A stretch of 64,000 bases of DNA from Bacteroidia bacterium. GTDB taxonomy: Bacteria > Bacteroidota > Bacteroidia > AKYH767-A > OLB10. A model generated the notes under the pieces. It was not told the DNA's origin. It worked only from the letters and a program-made list of their open reading frames with translations, and did no database searches. Below are positions 1 to 8,313 of this stretch, one piece after another. The stretch lies in NCBI GenBank assembly GCA_046330075.1, contig JAXLTL010000001.1:652481-716480 (forward strand). The letters are read 5' to 3'. Every line of letters starts with the position of its first letter. Position 1 is the first letter of the stretch. Made by a program: the position numbers and the translations under genes.

Positions 1-1395
1 CACCGAAGTGATGAATTGCATCTTCTTTGTTTCCACTTGTTCCAGCTGCGACGCTAATGCTTCCTGTTGTGCAATGAGTACTTCAAGATAATCAGCACGG
101 GCTGCATTGAACAGATCTTTTGAAATATCCACTGCTTTCAATCGTGTAGCAACTTCCTGTGACTTCTTATCGTAGACGATCTGAAGATTCTGCATCCGAT
201 TCATCTCCGTGGCCACTTCAGCATAAGCCTTGAGGACAGATTTCTGATATTCATACATCGCCTGTAGCTGCTCCGCTTTCGCTGCATTGAACTCTGCCTT
301 AATAGCCGATCGGTTGACGAGTGGAGCCACCAGATCTCCGGCAAGATTATAGATCACCGACTCAGGCGTATCAAAAAGATAAGATGTCTTAAAGGCACGA
401 TAGCCAATGCCGGCACGAATTTCAAAGGAAGGAAGAAACTCGGCTTTCGCTGCGTTGACCTGACATTTCGCTGCTGCCATTTCCATCTCTGCCTGTCGTA
501 TATCCGGACGATTATTCAGCAACTGAGAAGGAAGACCGGCCGTTACCTGCAACGGTGTATTGCTGTTAAATGCTGCTGCATTTCGCGGAATCGTTTGGGT
601 ATACCTTCCCAACAGATAATTTAACCGGTTTTCGGTTTCCTGAATCTGTTGTTTGATTTCCGCTGCTTTACCTTGCGAATTATACACCTGTGCTTCGAAC
701 TGCTTTACGGCTAACTCCGTTACTTTGGAAGCTTCTTTCTGCACTTTTATAACTTCCAGTTCATCTTCCGACAGCTTGATGTTTTTCTTCACAATATCGA
801 GCTGTTGATCGAGTGCCAGCAATTCGTAGTACGTATCGGCTACTTCCGCCACCAGATTGGTCATAACAAAATTGCGCCCTTCCACAGTACCAAGATATTT
901 CGCATAGGCAGCTTTCGAATAATTTCTCAACTTGCCCCATATATCAGCCTCCCATCCGGCCTGAAATCCTCCATAATAGTCATTGATAGGTTCAGGCACT
1001 TCCACGCCGGGAGTTATATCCGTTGATGCATTTCCAGCTCCTTCAGCAGTATAACGTGCACTTTTATCGATTCCTGCACCTATACCTGCGGTGACAGCAG
1101 GAAAAAGTCTTCCTTTTTGTGCACGAATATGACTGCGCGCTATTTCAATATCCTGTAAAGCTATAAGTGCTTCCGGATTGTTGTTGATGGCCGAATCAAT
1201 CAATTGAACCAATACCGGATCATTGAAGAAGGTTTTCCACTTTACTTCGGCGCTGCTATTGGTGTCAGCAGAGATCGCATAGTTGGATGGCAAACCCGGA
1301 TTTACCGGATTCTCTACAACAGAAGGTAATTTGCAGGAACTCACTGTCAGCATCACCGGTATGATCCATCGTAATTTATTTCGTTGGGTGTTCAT
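1..1395 (-). CDS. RND efflux outer-membrane factor lipoprotein (TolC/NodT family), 3'-truncated by the window edge
   Basis: Reverse-complement translation from ATG at 1395 gives MNTQRNKLRWIIPVMLTVSSC (lipoprotein signal plus lipobox) followed by TolC-like helical repeats (WKTFFNDPVLVQLIDSAINNNPEAL...). The frame stays open to position 1. It sits 5 nt downstream of the pump gene, in adaptor-pump-OMF operon order. It is absent from the ORF track only because it runs off the edge. Confidence 0.8.
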   Translation of the reverse strand, partial: MNTQRNKLRWIIPVMLTVSSCKLPSVVENPVNPGLPSNYAISADTNSSAEVKWKTFFNDPVLVQLIDSAINNNPEALIALQDIEIARSHIRAQKGRLFPAVTAGIGAGIDKSARYTAEGAGNASTDITPGVEVPEPINDYYGGFQAGWEADIWGKLRNYSKAAYAKYLGTVEGRNFVMTNLVAEVADTYYELLALDQQLDIVKKNIKLSEDELEVIKVQKEASKVTELAVKQFEAQVYNSQGKAAEIKQQIQETENRLNYLLGRYTQTIPRNAAAFNSNTPLQVTAGLPSQLLNNRPDIRQAEMEMAAAKCQVNAAKAEFLPSFEIRAGIGYRAFKTSYLFDTPESVIYNLAGDLVAPLVNRSAIKAEFNAAKAEQLQAMYEYQKSVLKAYAEVATEMNRMQNLQIVYDKKSQEVATRLKAVDISKDLFNAARADYLEVLIAQQEALASQLEQVETKKMQFITSV

Positions 1396-1399
1396 ATGC

Positions 1400-4300
1400 T
1401 CAGATTTCTTCTGTTAAGGGATTTTCTTCTTCGTCGTGGATAAACTGATAGTTTTCAGATTTGCGTGCAAAAATGTAATAGAGTCCGGGGATGAGAATCA
1501 CACCGAAGATGGTTCCGATCAGCATCCCTCCTGCCGCAGCTGCGCCAATGGTCCTGTTACCGATAGCACCGGGACCTGAAGCAACAACCAGGGGAATCAA
1601 ACCGGCAATAAACGCGAAGGAAGTCATCAGAATCGGACGCAGTCGCACTGCAGCACCTTGAATGGCCGCATCTACAACATTTGCTCCTGCACGATGTCGT
1701 TGCACGGCAAACTCTACAATCAACACTGCATTCTTCGCCAGCAAACCAATCAGCATTACCATTGAAATCTGTGCATAGATGTTGTTTTCGAGTCCCATTA
1801 CCCACAACAGCATGAATGCACCGGCAATACCGGTCGGCAGTGATAACAGAATCGGGAATGGCAGAATGAAACTCTCATATTGGGCTGCCAGCAACAGATA
1901 AACGAATATTAAGCAAATGAGGAAAATGATCACCGCCTGGTTCCCCCGATCTACTTCATCCTTGGAAATACCCGCCCAGTCGATGCCAAAACCGCGGGGA
2001 AGTTTTTCCTTCGCAACCTGATTCACAGCTGCAATAGCGTCGCCACTACTGTAGCCCGGTGCGGCCCCACCACTTACTTCAGAGGCATTATACATATTAT
2101 GCCGGGTGATTTCGGAGAGACCAAAGGTCTTTTCCATAGTCATGAAAGCCGAATAAGGAACCATTTCGCCTTTATCATTCTTGACATAGAGCTTCAGAAT
2201 ATCTTCCGGCTTCGCACGGTACTGAGGCAACACCTGCACCATCACTTTATATTGCCGGTCATATTTAATGAAACTGGTTTCATAGTTACTGCCGATGAGA
2301 GTGCTCAGATTTTCCATCGCATTTTCAATACTCACTCCTTTCTGCTGGGCTTTATCATTATCAATATTGATCATGTATTGCGGGAAGCTGGCGCTGTAGA
2401 AAGTGAATACAGATGACAGTTCCGGACGCTTGTTGAGTTCGCGGACAAAATCATTGCTAACTGTTTCCATTTTTTTATAATCACCCGATCCTGCTTTATC
2501 CAGCAAACGCAACTCGAATCCTCCTGCAGCACCATAACCCGGCACAGCCGGTGGCGGAAAAAATTCAATCTTCGCACCCTTTATCGTCTCTGCTTTTTTC
2601 TTAAGCATGGCGATAATCTCATTCACATTATGTTTTCGATCATTCCAATCTTTGAGATTCACAAGACAGGTTCCTGAGTTGGATCCGGTGCCCTCAGAAA
2701 GAATCTCAAATCCTGAAAGAGATGAAACCGACTTTACATCCGGAATTTCACTGGCCAGTTTACTCAATTGAAGCGCGGCGGCATCCGTGCGTTCCAGTGT
2801 GGAGCCGGGAGGTGTAAGAATGATTGCATAGAACATTCCCTGATCCTCATTTGGAATGAAACCGGAAGGAACTCGTCCATTGATAAACCAGGTAATCACA
2901 CAGAAACCTGCCAACACCAGAATGGTTACAATTCTACGGGTAAGAATTTTTCCCAAGAGGTTTGTATACCGGCCGGAAAGACGTCCGAACCATGCATTAA
3001 AGGCATCCAGGAATCGGTCAACCGGCCCCGTTCTCTTTTTATGATGGTCAGGGCGCTTCAGCAACATGATGCACAATGCCGGCGTTAATGTCAATGCAAC
3101 CACCCCCGACAAAACAATGGAAGTGGACATTGTCACCGAGAATTGTTTAAAGAAAATACCTACCGGACCCGACATAAATCCGATAGGAATAAATACAGCA
3201 GCCATCACCAGTGTAATGGCGATGATCGCCCCACTGATTTCTGATAAGGCCAGTTCAGTTGCTTTTCGTGGACCGAGATTCTTCATCTCCATTTTCGCAT
3301 GCACCGCTTCCACAACAACGATGGCATTATCGACCACAATCCCGATAGCCAGCACCAAGGCAAATAAGGTGATGAGATTCAATGTTACACCGAAATATTG
3401 CATAAAAAAGAAAGTACCGATCAATGAAACAGGCACTGCGATTGCGGGTATCAGCGTAGAGCGCCAGTCGCCGAGGAAGATATACACCACCAGGCTCACA
3501 AGGAGAAAAGCTTCTATCAAGGTATGCACTACTTTTTCGATAGAGGCATCCAGAAACTTGGATACATCATAACTGATTTCGTAATCCATTCCCTTGGGAA
3601 ACGAAGTAGCTTTGATCTCCTCCATCTTCTTCTTCACATTTTCGATAACCGCACTCGCATTACTGCCATACGATTGTTTCACCATAATAGCCGCGGATGT
3701 TTTGCCATTGTACTTTGAGTACAAATCATAGTATGAACTGCCAAACTCAATATCAGCCACATCTTTCAACCGAAGTATCTGCCCATCCTCTCCGGCACGC
3801 AGAACAATATTACCATACTGCTCCTTCGTTGTATACCGGCCGGGATATTTCAATACATATTCAAACGTTTGTGCTCTTTTACCGGAGCTCTCACCTGTTT
3901 TGCCCGGAGATGCTTCCAGACTCTGTTCATCGAGCGATTTCATCACTTCGTCTGCAGAGATATTATACGCCAGCATCCGGTCAGGCTTCAGCCAAATACG
4001 CATTGAGTATTCCCTATCACCCAGGATATCCGCAAAACCCACTCCATCTACCCTTTTCAATTCAGAGAGCAAATTGATATCTGCGAAATTGTAAAGGAAC
4101 TTATCATCCAGCGTAGTATCCTTGCTGAACACATTAATATACATTAACATGTTCGATTCTTCTCTCGTAATTTTAACGCCCTCACGAACTACGATCGGAG
4201 GAAGTTTATTTATGACTGCTGCTACACGATTCTGAACGTTTACGGAAGCAATATTCGGATCGGTGCCAATATTGAATACCACCTGAATGGTGGCAGTACC

Positions 4301-4555
4301 ATCGTTACCTGCATCAGAAGCCATATACTTCATGCCGGGCACACCATTGATTGCTCTCTCAAGCGGAATCACACACGCTTTGATCATCAGTTCACCATTC
4401 GCACCCGGATACTCCACATTGATATTAACTTTTGGCGGAGAAACAGAGGGAAACTGCGTTACCGGAAGCTGAAAAATAGCCAGTACACCCAGCAAGCTGA
4501 TGATAATTGATATAACGATCGATAATACCGGTCGTCGAATAAATCTGTTAAACAT
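1400..4555 (-). CDS. RND multidrug efflux permease, HAE1/AcrB family (1051 aa, 12 TM)
   Basis: 1051-aa ORF. N-terminal MFNRFIRRPVLSIVISIIISLLGVLAIFQLP and the two large periplasmic loops are the typical AcrB/MexB architecture. Confidence 0.92.
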   Translation of the reverse strand: MFNRFIRRPVLSIVISIIISLLGVLAIFQLPVTQFPSVSPPKVNINVEYPGANGELMIKACVIPLERAINGVPGMKYMASDAGNDGTATIQVVFNIGTDPNIASVNVQNRVAAVINKLPPIVVREGVKITREESNMLMYINVFSKDTTLDDKFLYNFADINLLSELKRVDGVGFADILGDREYSMRIWLKPDRMLAYNISADEVMKSLDEQSLEASPGKTGESSGKRAQTFEYVLKYPGRYTTKEQYGNIVLRAGEDGQILRLKDVADIEFGSSYYDLYSKYNGKTSAAIMVKQSYGSNASAVIENVKKKMEEIKATSFPKGMDYEISYDVSKFLDASIEKVVHTLIEAFLLVSLVVYIFLGDWRSTLIPAIAVPVSLIGTFFFMQYFGVTLNLITLFALVLAIGIVVDNAIVVVEAVHAKMEMKNLGPRKATELALSEISGAIIAITLVMAAVFIPIGFMSGPVGIFFKQFSVTMSTSIVLSGVVALTLTPALCIMLLKRPDHHKKRTGPVDRFLDAFNAWFGRLSGRYTNLLGKILTRRIVTILVLAGFCVITWFINGRVPSGFIPNEDQGMFYAIILTPPGSTLERTDAAALQLSKLASEIPDVKSVSSLSGFEILSEGTGSNSGTCLVNLKDWNDRKHNVNEIIAMLKKKAETIKGAKIEFFPPPAVPGYGAAGGFELRLLDKAGSGDYKKMETVSNDFVRELNKRPELSSVFTFYSASFPQYMINIDNDKAQQKGVSIENAMENLSTLIGSNYETSFIKYDRQYKVMVQVLPQYRAKPEDILKLYVKNDKGEMVPYSAFMTMEKTFGLSEITRHNMYNASEVSGGAAPGYSSGDAIAAVNQVAKEKLPRGFGIDWAGISKDEVDRGNQAVIIFLICLIFVYLLLAAQYESFILPFPILLSLPTGIAGAFMLLWVMGLENNIYAQISMVMLIGLLAKNAVLIVEFAVQRHRAGANVVDAAIQGAAVRLRPILMTSFAFIAGLIPLVVASGPGAIGNRTIGAAAAGGMLIGTIFGVILIPGLYYIFARKSENYQFIHDEEENPLTEEI

Positions 4556-4588
4556 AATCTGTTCGCTTTCTTTTTTCTATGCTCCTGA

Positions 4589-5656
4589 TTACTTCAATGC
4601 CAGTTCAGGTATAACCATCTCCACTTCAACTTTATCATCATCCTTAACATTCTGCACACCTTCAATGAGGAACCTGTCGCCAGGCTGCAAACCAGAATCG
4701 ATGATATAATAGTCAGGAATCGTTTGCAAAACATTCACAGCCACCGATTGAACAACATTGTTATTTCCGACTTTGAACACGAACACTTTATCCTGCAATT
4801 CATAAGTTGACTTCTGAGGTATCAGCATCACATTTTGCAACTTCACGGGAAGCAACACCTTACCGGTTTCACCATGACGAAGGAGAAATTCAGGGTTTGG
4901 GAAACGGGCACGCATTGCGATAGTTCCGGTCGTATTGTCAAACTGACCTTCAATCGTCTCAATGACTCCGTTATATTTATGAGGTTTTCCATTCGCCAAA
5001 AGGAGTGTTATCTGATTTTTATCTTTTCCAGCCCGTGATTTATAATCAAGATATTCACGCTCAGAAAAATTGAAGTATGCGAATACCTCGCGATTGTTGG
5101 AGATGGAGGTTAGTACAGTTCCTCTATCCACAAGCGAACCTTTCTTGTAAATCAGACGGTCAATGGTACCCGAAAATGGAGCCTTTATTTTTGTATAGGT
5201 CAAATACAATTCTGCTCTAGCTACTTCGGCCTTAGCTTCCTGAAGCTTTGCTTCTGCCAGCGCAAGTTCATTTTGAGAAACAATGTTCTTTTCTGCCAGC
5301 AGCTTTGTGTTTTTCAACTCAATTTCAGCTTCAGCCACACTGGCTTTGGCTTTGTTCAGATCAGCTTGATATTCAGTTGAACGAATTGAAAACAACAATT
5401 GACCTTCCGAAACCTGTTGACCCTCGTCCACATTGATTTCGTCTATATATCCATCCACCATCGCCCTGATCTCTACATTCTGGATCGACTGGATCTGGGC
5501 AACATAGTCTTTCATTACAGAAGTATCAGCCATTACAGGTGTCGTAGCTCTGAACTTCTGCATTTCTTCTGCCATTTCACTCTTCTGTGAGCATCCGGCA
5601 AAACCAATTGCTGCAACAATACAGCAAAGAATCAATAAATTGTTTCTTCTATTCAT
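4589..5656 (-). CDS. RND efflux periplasmic adaptor (membrane fusion protein), lipoprotein
   Basis: Signal plus lipobox LILCCIVAAIGFAGCSQ. Coiled-coil hairpin (ADLNKAKASVAEAEIELKNTKLL...), then beta-barrel/MP domains. It lies immediately upstream of the pump gene. Confidence 0.88.
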   Translation of the reverse strand: MNRRNNLLILCCIVAAIGFAGCSQKSEMAEEMQKFRATTPVMADTSVMKDYVAQIQSIQNVEIRAMVDGYIDEINVDEGQQVSEGQLLFSIRSTEYQADLNKAKASVAEAEIELKNTKLLAEKNIVSQNELALAEAKLQEAKAEVARAELYLTYTKIKAPFSGTIDRLIYKKGSLVDRGTVLTSISNNREVFAYFNFSEREYLDYKSRAGKDKNQITLLLANGKPHKYNGVIETIEGQFDNTTGTIAMRARFPNPEFLLRHGETGKVLLPVKLQNVMLIPQKSTYELQDKVFVFKVGNNNVVQSVAVNVLQTIPDYYIIDSGLQPGDRFLIEGVQNVKDDDKVEVEMVIPELALK

Positions 5657-5785
5657 AATTTTAGTTGGGTACTGTAAACAGGAATCCGAATAATCAATGT
5701 ATCTATCAGTTCATGACCAGATTACAATGACCGGAAAGTTCCGCGAAGCGGAATTTGCAGCAGCCATACGCTGCCAATGGAAAAA

Positions 5786-6136
5786 TCAAATCTTAAAAAC
5801 GCAGAGCATCAAATGTTGCCGTGCATCCTTGAAGGGCACCACGAATTTTCTGAAAAGTGCAAATTGATTTAATGCAGGCTGAAATAAATGATAATGATCG
5901 ATGCAGACTGACACCTGAACCTGATCTTCAGATTCGTCGGTATCAGTATCCTCAATCAGATCAGCCAACGGAATGTTTGACACCATAGTTGATGGTGTAA
6001 TCATCTTTCCACCTGGAAGTGAATGATGACTGGCAGCAAAAATACTGACCGGTGTGGCGGCACTGGAAACAGCACTGATCAGGCTGAAAGAAATCAGCAG
6101 CAGCAGGCAAATCCATATAGACAGTATTTTTTTCAT
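5786..6136 (-). CDS. hypothetical secreted protein (signal peptide, acidic DTDTDESED stretch)
   Basis: ORF with N-terminal signal MKKILSIWICLLLLISFSLISAVSSA. No recognisable domain. Confidence 0.4.
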   Translation of the reverse strand: MKKILSIWICLLLLISFSLISAVSSAATPVSIFAASHHSLPGGKMITPSTMVSNIPLADLIEDTDTDESEDQVQVSVCIDHYHLFQPALNQFALFRKFVVPFKDARQHLMLCVFKI

Positions 6137-6283
6137 TCGTCCGGCAAAAATAACGTACAGAAATACGCAATGGTTACAGCTTTAACCATATGTTAACGCT
6201 CTACACCCTAACTTAATCCAACATTCATACTATAGACTCCGCTTATTCATGTGTGCTTCATCCAATGTATGGTCATGACAATT

Positions 6284-6616
6284 CTATTGCAAAACCTCGT
6301 ATGTTCCGTATGCCATCAGAATTGTTCCCACAGAAGTAAAGCCATACATAATAAAATCAAAATTCACATTTTGATGAAACATCAACACCGTCATTACAAA
6401 TCCAAGAATCAATAATACCCCACCTGCTACCATTAATTGCACACCTTTTGTTTTTCTCTTTTTGTAAACCAACAATTTGATACGACACATTGCTTCCACC
6501 AGAAGTTCTTCCTTCATGCCCTCGCGTTGCAGCATACTGTGTATGGTTTTTACCGGGTATCCTTCTTTATGAAGTTGCAATGCACGCATATAATATTGGT
6601 CAACTGAATGGTCCAT
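6284..6616 (-). CDS. hypothetical small membrane protein (2 TM)
   Basis: 110-aa ORF with two hydrophobic helices (GVQLMVAGGVLLILGFVMTVLMF; IMYGFTSVGTILMAYG). Confidence 0.4.
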   Translation of the reverse strand: MDHSVDQYYMRALQLHKEGYPVKTIHSMLQREGMKEELLVEAMCRIKLLVYKKRKTKGVQLMVAGGVLLILGFVMTVLMFHQNVNFDFIMYGFTSVGTILMAYGTYEVLQ

Positions 6617-6763
6617 GATGATCAGATTAGGTCGTCTAAATATATAACCATTAAAATCAATTAAAAAAAGTGTACGTTATCTTAAATAAACCAACTTCGA
6701 AATATACTACTCGTCTCTCCTGAAACTTTTAATTAATCTTCGAATTTTACAAGAAAATACTTT

Positions 6764-7387
6764 TCAACCCAGCGTATAGAATTCTGGTTTTTCTATGTCA
6801 TGAAGGTTCAGAACTCCCACAGAAGTAAGGTTAATTAAAATTCGCTGTGCCCTCCAGCGACTGATATTTACAAGCTTACAATACTCTTTCATGGTAATGC
6901 GGGGATGATCCTTCAGATAATCCAGTAACGCCTTCTCCTTACTGGTATATTTAACGAGTACCGGTCGCGAACTATGTTTATGCTTCAGTACTTCCACCAT
7001 TACCTTACTGGCCAGCAGTGACTGATCTGCCTGCCGGATATACACCCATTTTTTACCTTCTTCGTCGATCGCATAGTATGGTTTTTCGAGTCCTTCAGGA
7101 ATAATTACCTCCAAAACCGTTTTCCCTTTCATATGCCATTCGTGAATCACCAGTGAAATGGGAGGAAAACAACATTCAGAGGCCGCCTTTTCAAGCATGA
7201 ATTTCTCCTCTTCGGCTTTTACACCCGCTACAGTTCCATCATCATTAATACCGACTAACAAAGACCCTCCATGATGATTGGCAAACGAAACAATCGTTTT
7301 TGCAATTCTGATCACGCTGGAGATTTCCTTTTTGAAATCCAGCATTTCTCCTTCCCCCTGATCTATCAATAGCTGCAGCCGTCTCAT
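6764..7387 (-). CDS. AlbA_2 (Schlafen-like putative DNA-binding) domain protein with C-terminal wHTH-like tail; putative transcriptional regulator
   Basis: N-terminus EMLDFKKEISS...IVSFANHHGGSLLVGINDDGTVAGV matches the AlbA_2 / divergent AAA-4 domain. The C-terminus MKEYCKLVNISRWRAQRILINLTSVGVL looks like a helix-turn-helix. Confidence 0.55.
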   Translation of the reverse strand: MRRLQLLIDQGEGEMLDFKKEISSVIRIAKTIVSFANHHGGSLLVGINDDGTVAGVKAEEEKFMLEKAASECCFPPISLVIHEWHMKGKTVLEVIIPEGLEKPYYAIDEEGKKWVYIRQADQSLLASKVMVEVLKHKHSSRPVLVKYTSKEKALLDYLKDHPRITMKEYCKLVNISRWRAQRILINLTSVGVLNLHDIEKPEFYTLG

Positions 7388-7419
7388 CTTTCAACGAAGA
7401 TCAGAAAAAAAGCCACATC

Positions 7420-8310
7420 CTATTGAGCTATTACGGTATCATATGAAGCAGAATAGGTTGCAAATAGTCCCCTGCCACCAATGATATTGCTCTTAATGTT
7501 GGATGGTACAGCAAAAGGGCTTCCATTACTTCCCAACTGATTCTCCGCGTCCCTCCAAAATTCGTAGGTTGATTTGTCCACAGTACAAAACTTCACAACG
7601 ATGGTATCTCCCTTCTTATAAAATCCGGCTTCTTCATTCAAATCTTCTTCTGCCGTTGAATTCTGAACAGTGCCGCGGTTGTAGGCAAAGTCAAATCGTT
7701 GTCCATTTATAAATTTATCTTCGAATGAAGATCCGAACGGAGCAATAAAATAATCATCCTTGCTTGTCCTTTTTGCAAACCAGCGATAATAGTTTCCAAT
7801 TGTATCCGGGTCTTTCAAGGTCGCCCAAACATATCCGAGTGAATCCATATTTTCCTGGATCTTGAACCAGGTACTGTCGAGTGCAACCGGTGGGGCAAGA
7901 TAGGCTGAAGAAGTTACGACCTCCCCTTTATCTGAAATCACTTTCAAGGTATAGGTTGTACCTGGGACACCCAGCATCGTCGGCAACAAAGTAGCTGGAT
8001 CCAGGGCAATATAAAACCCCGAAACAGATACACCATTTACGGTAGTGTCAACTTCTGTTAGTTGCACCGTATCAGGACCATTGCTGATAAATACAGTTGC
8101 GCCGCTTACGGGCAGATTATTAAGTGTCGACTGACCGATGGGATCGAAATAATTCTGAGAGCGGCTTAGAATAATATAAGGCACGAAACCGGCTTCGACA
8201 TATCCTTCCACGACAATTTTGGAGCTGGCATCCGGTAGATTAAGGTCAATGTTTTTCTCACAGGAGATGAAAAACACAGCAGTCATTATAATCAGAACAA
8301 GTTGTTTCAT
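7420..8310 (-). CDS. DUF4249 family lipoprotein (partner of the upstream TonB-dependent receptor)
   Basis: Lipoprotein signal MKQLVLIIMTAVFFISC. The size and position directly downstream of a CarbopepD_reg-type TonB-dependent receptor are typical for DUF4249. Confidence 0.6.
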   Translation of the reverse strand: MKQLVLIIMTAVFFISCEKNIDLNLPDASSKIVVEGYVEAGFVPYIILSRSQNYFDPIGQSTLNNLPVSGATVFISNGPDTVQLTEVDTTVNGVSVSGFYIALDPATLLPTMLGVPGTTYTLKVISDKGEVVTSSAYLAPPVALDSTWFKIQENMDSLGYVWATLKDPDTIGNYYRWFAKRTSKDDYFIAPFGSSFEDKFINGQRFDFAYNRGTVQNSTAEEDLNEEAGFYKKGDTIVVKFCTVDKSTYEFWRDAENQLGSNGSPFAVPSNIKSNIIGGRGLFATYSASYDTVIAQ

Positions 8311-8313
8311 AGA

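Noticed and set aside
805-1026. 73-aa plus-strand ORF in the ORF track
   Set aside because: It lies entirely inside the minus-strand outer-membrane-factor gene, whose translation is clearly TolC-like. Shadow ORF.
1557-4709. Numerous 60-170-aa ORFs on both strands inside the RND pump gene (e.g. 2099..2416, 3066..3572, 3697..4077)
   Set aside because: All are nested in or antisense to the 1051-aa AcrB-like ORF and have low-complexity or Cys/Arg-rich translations typical of out-of-frame readings.
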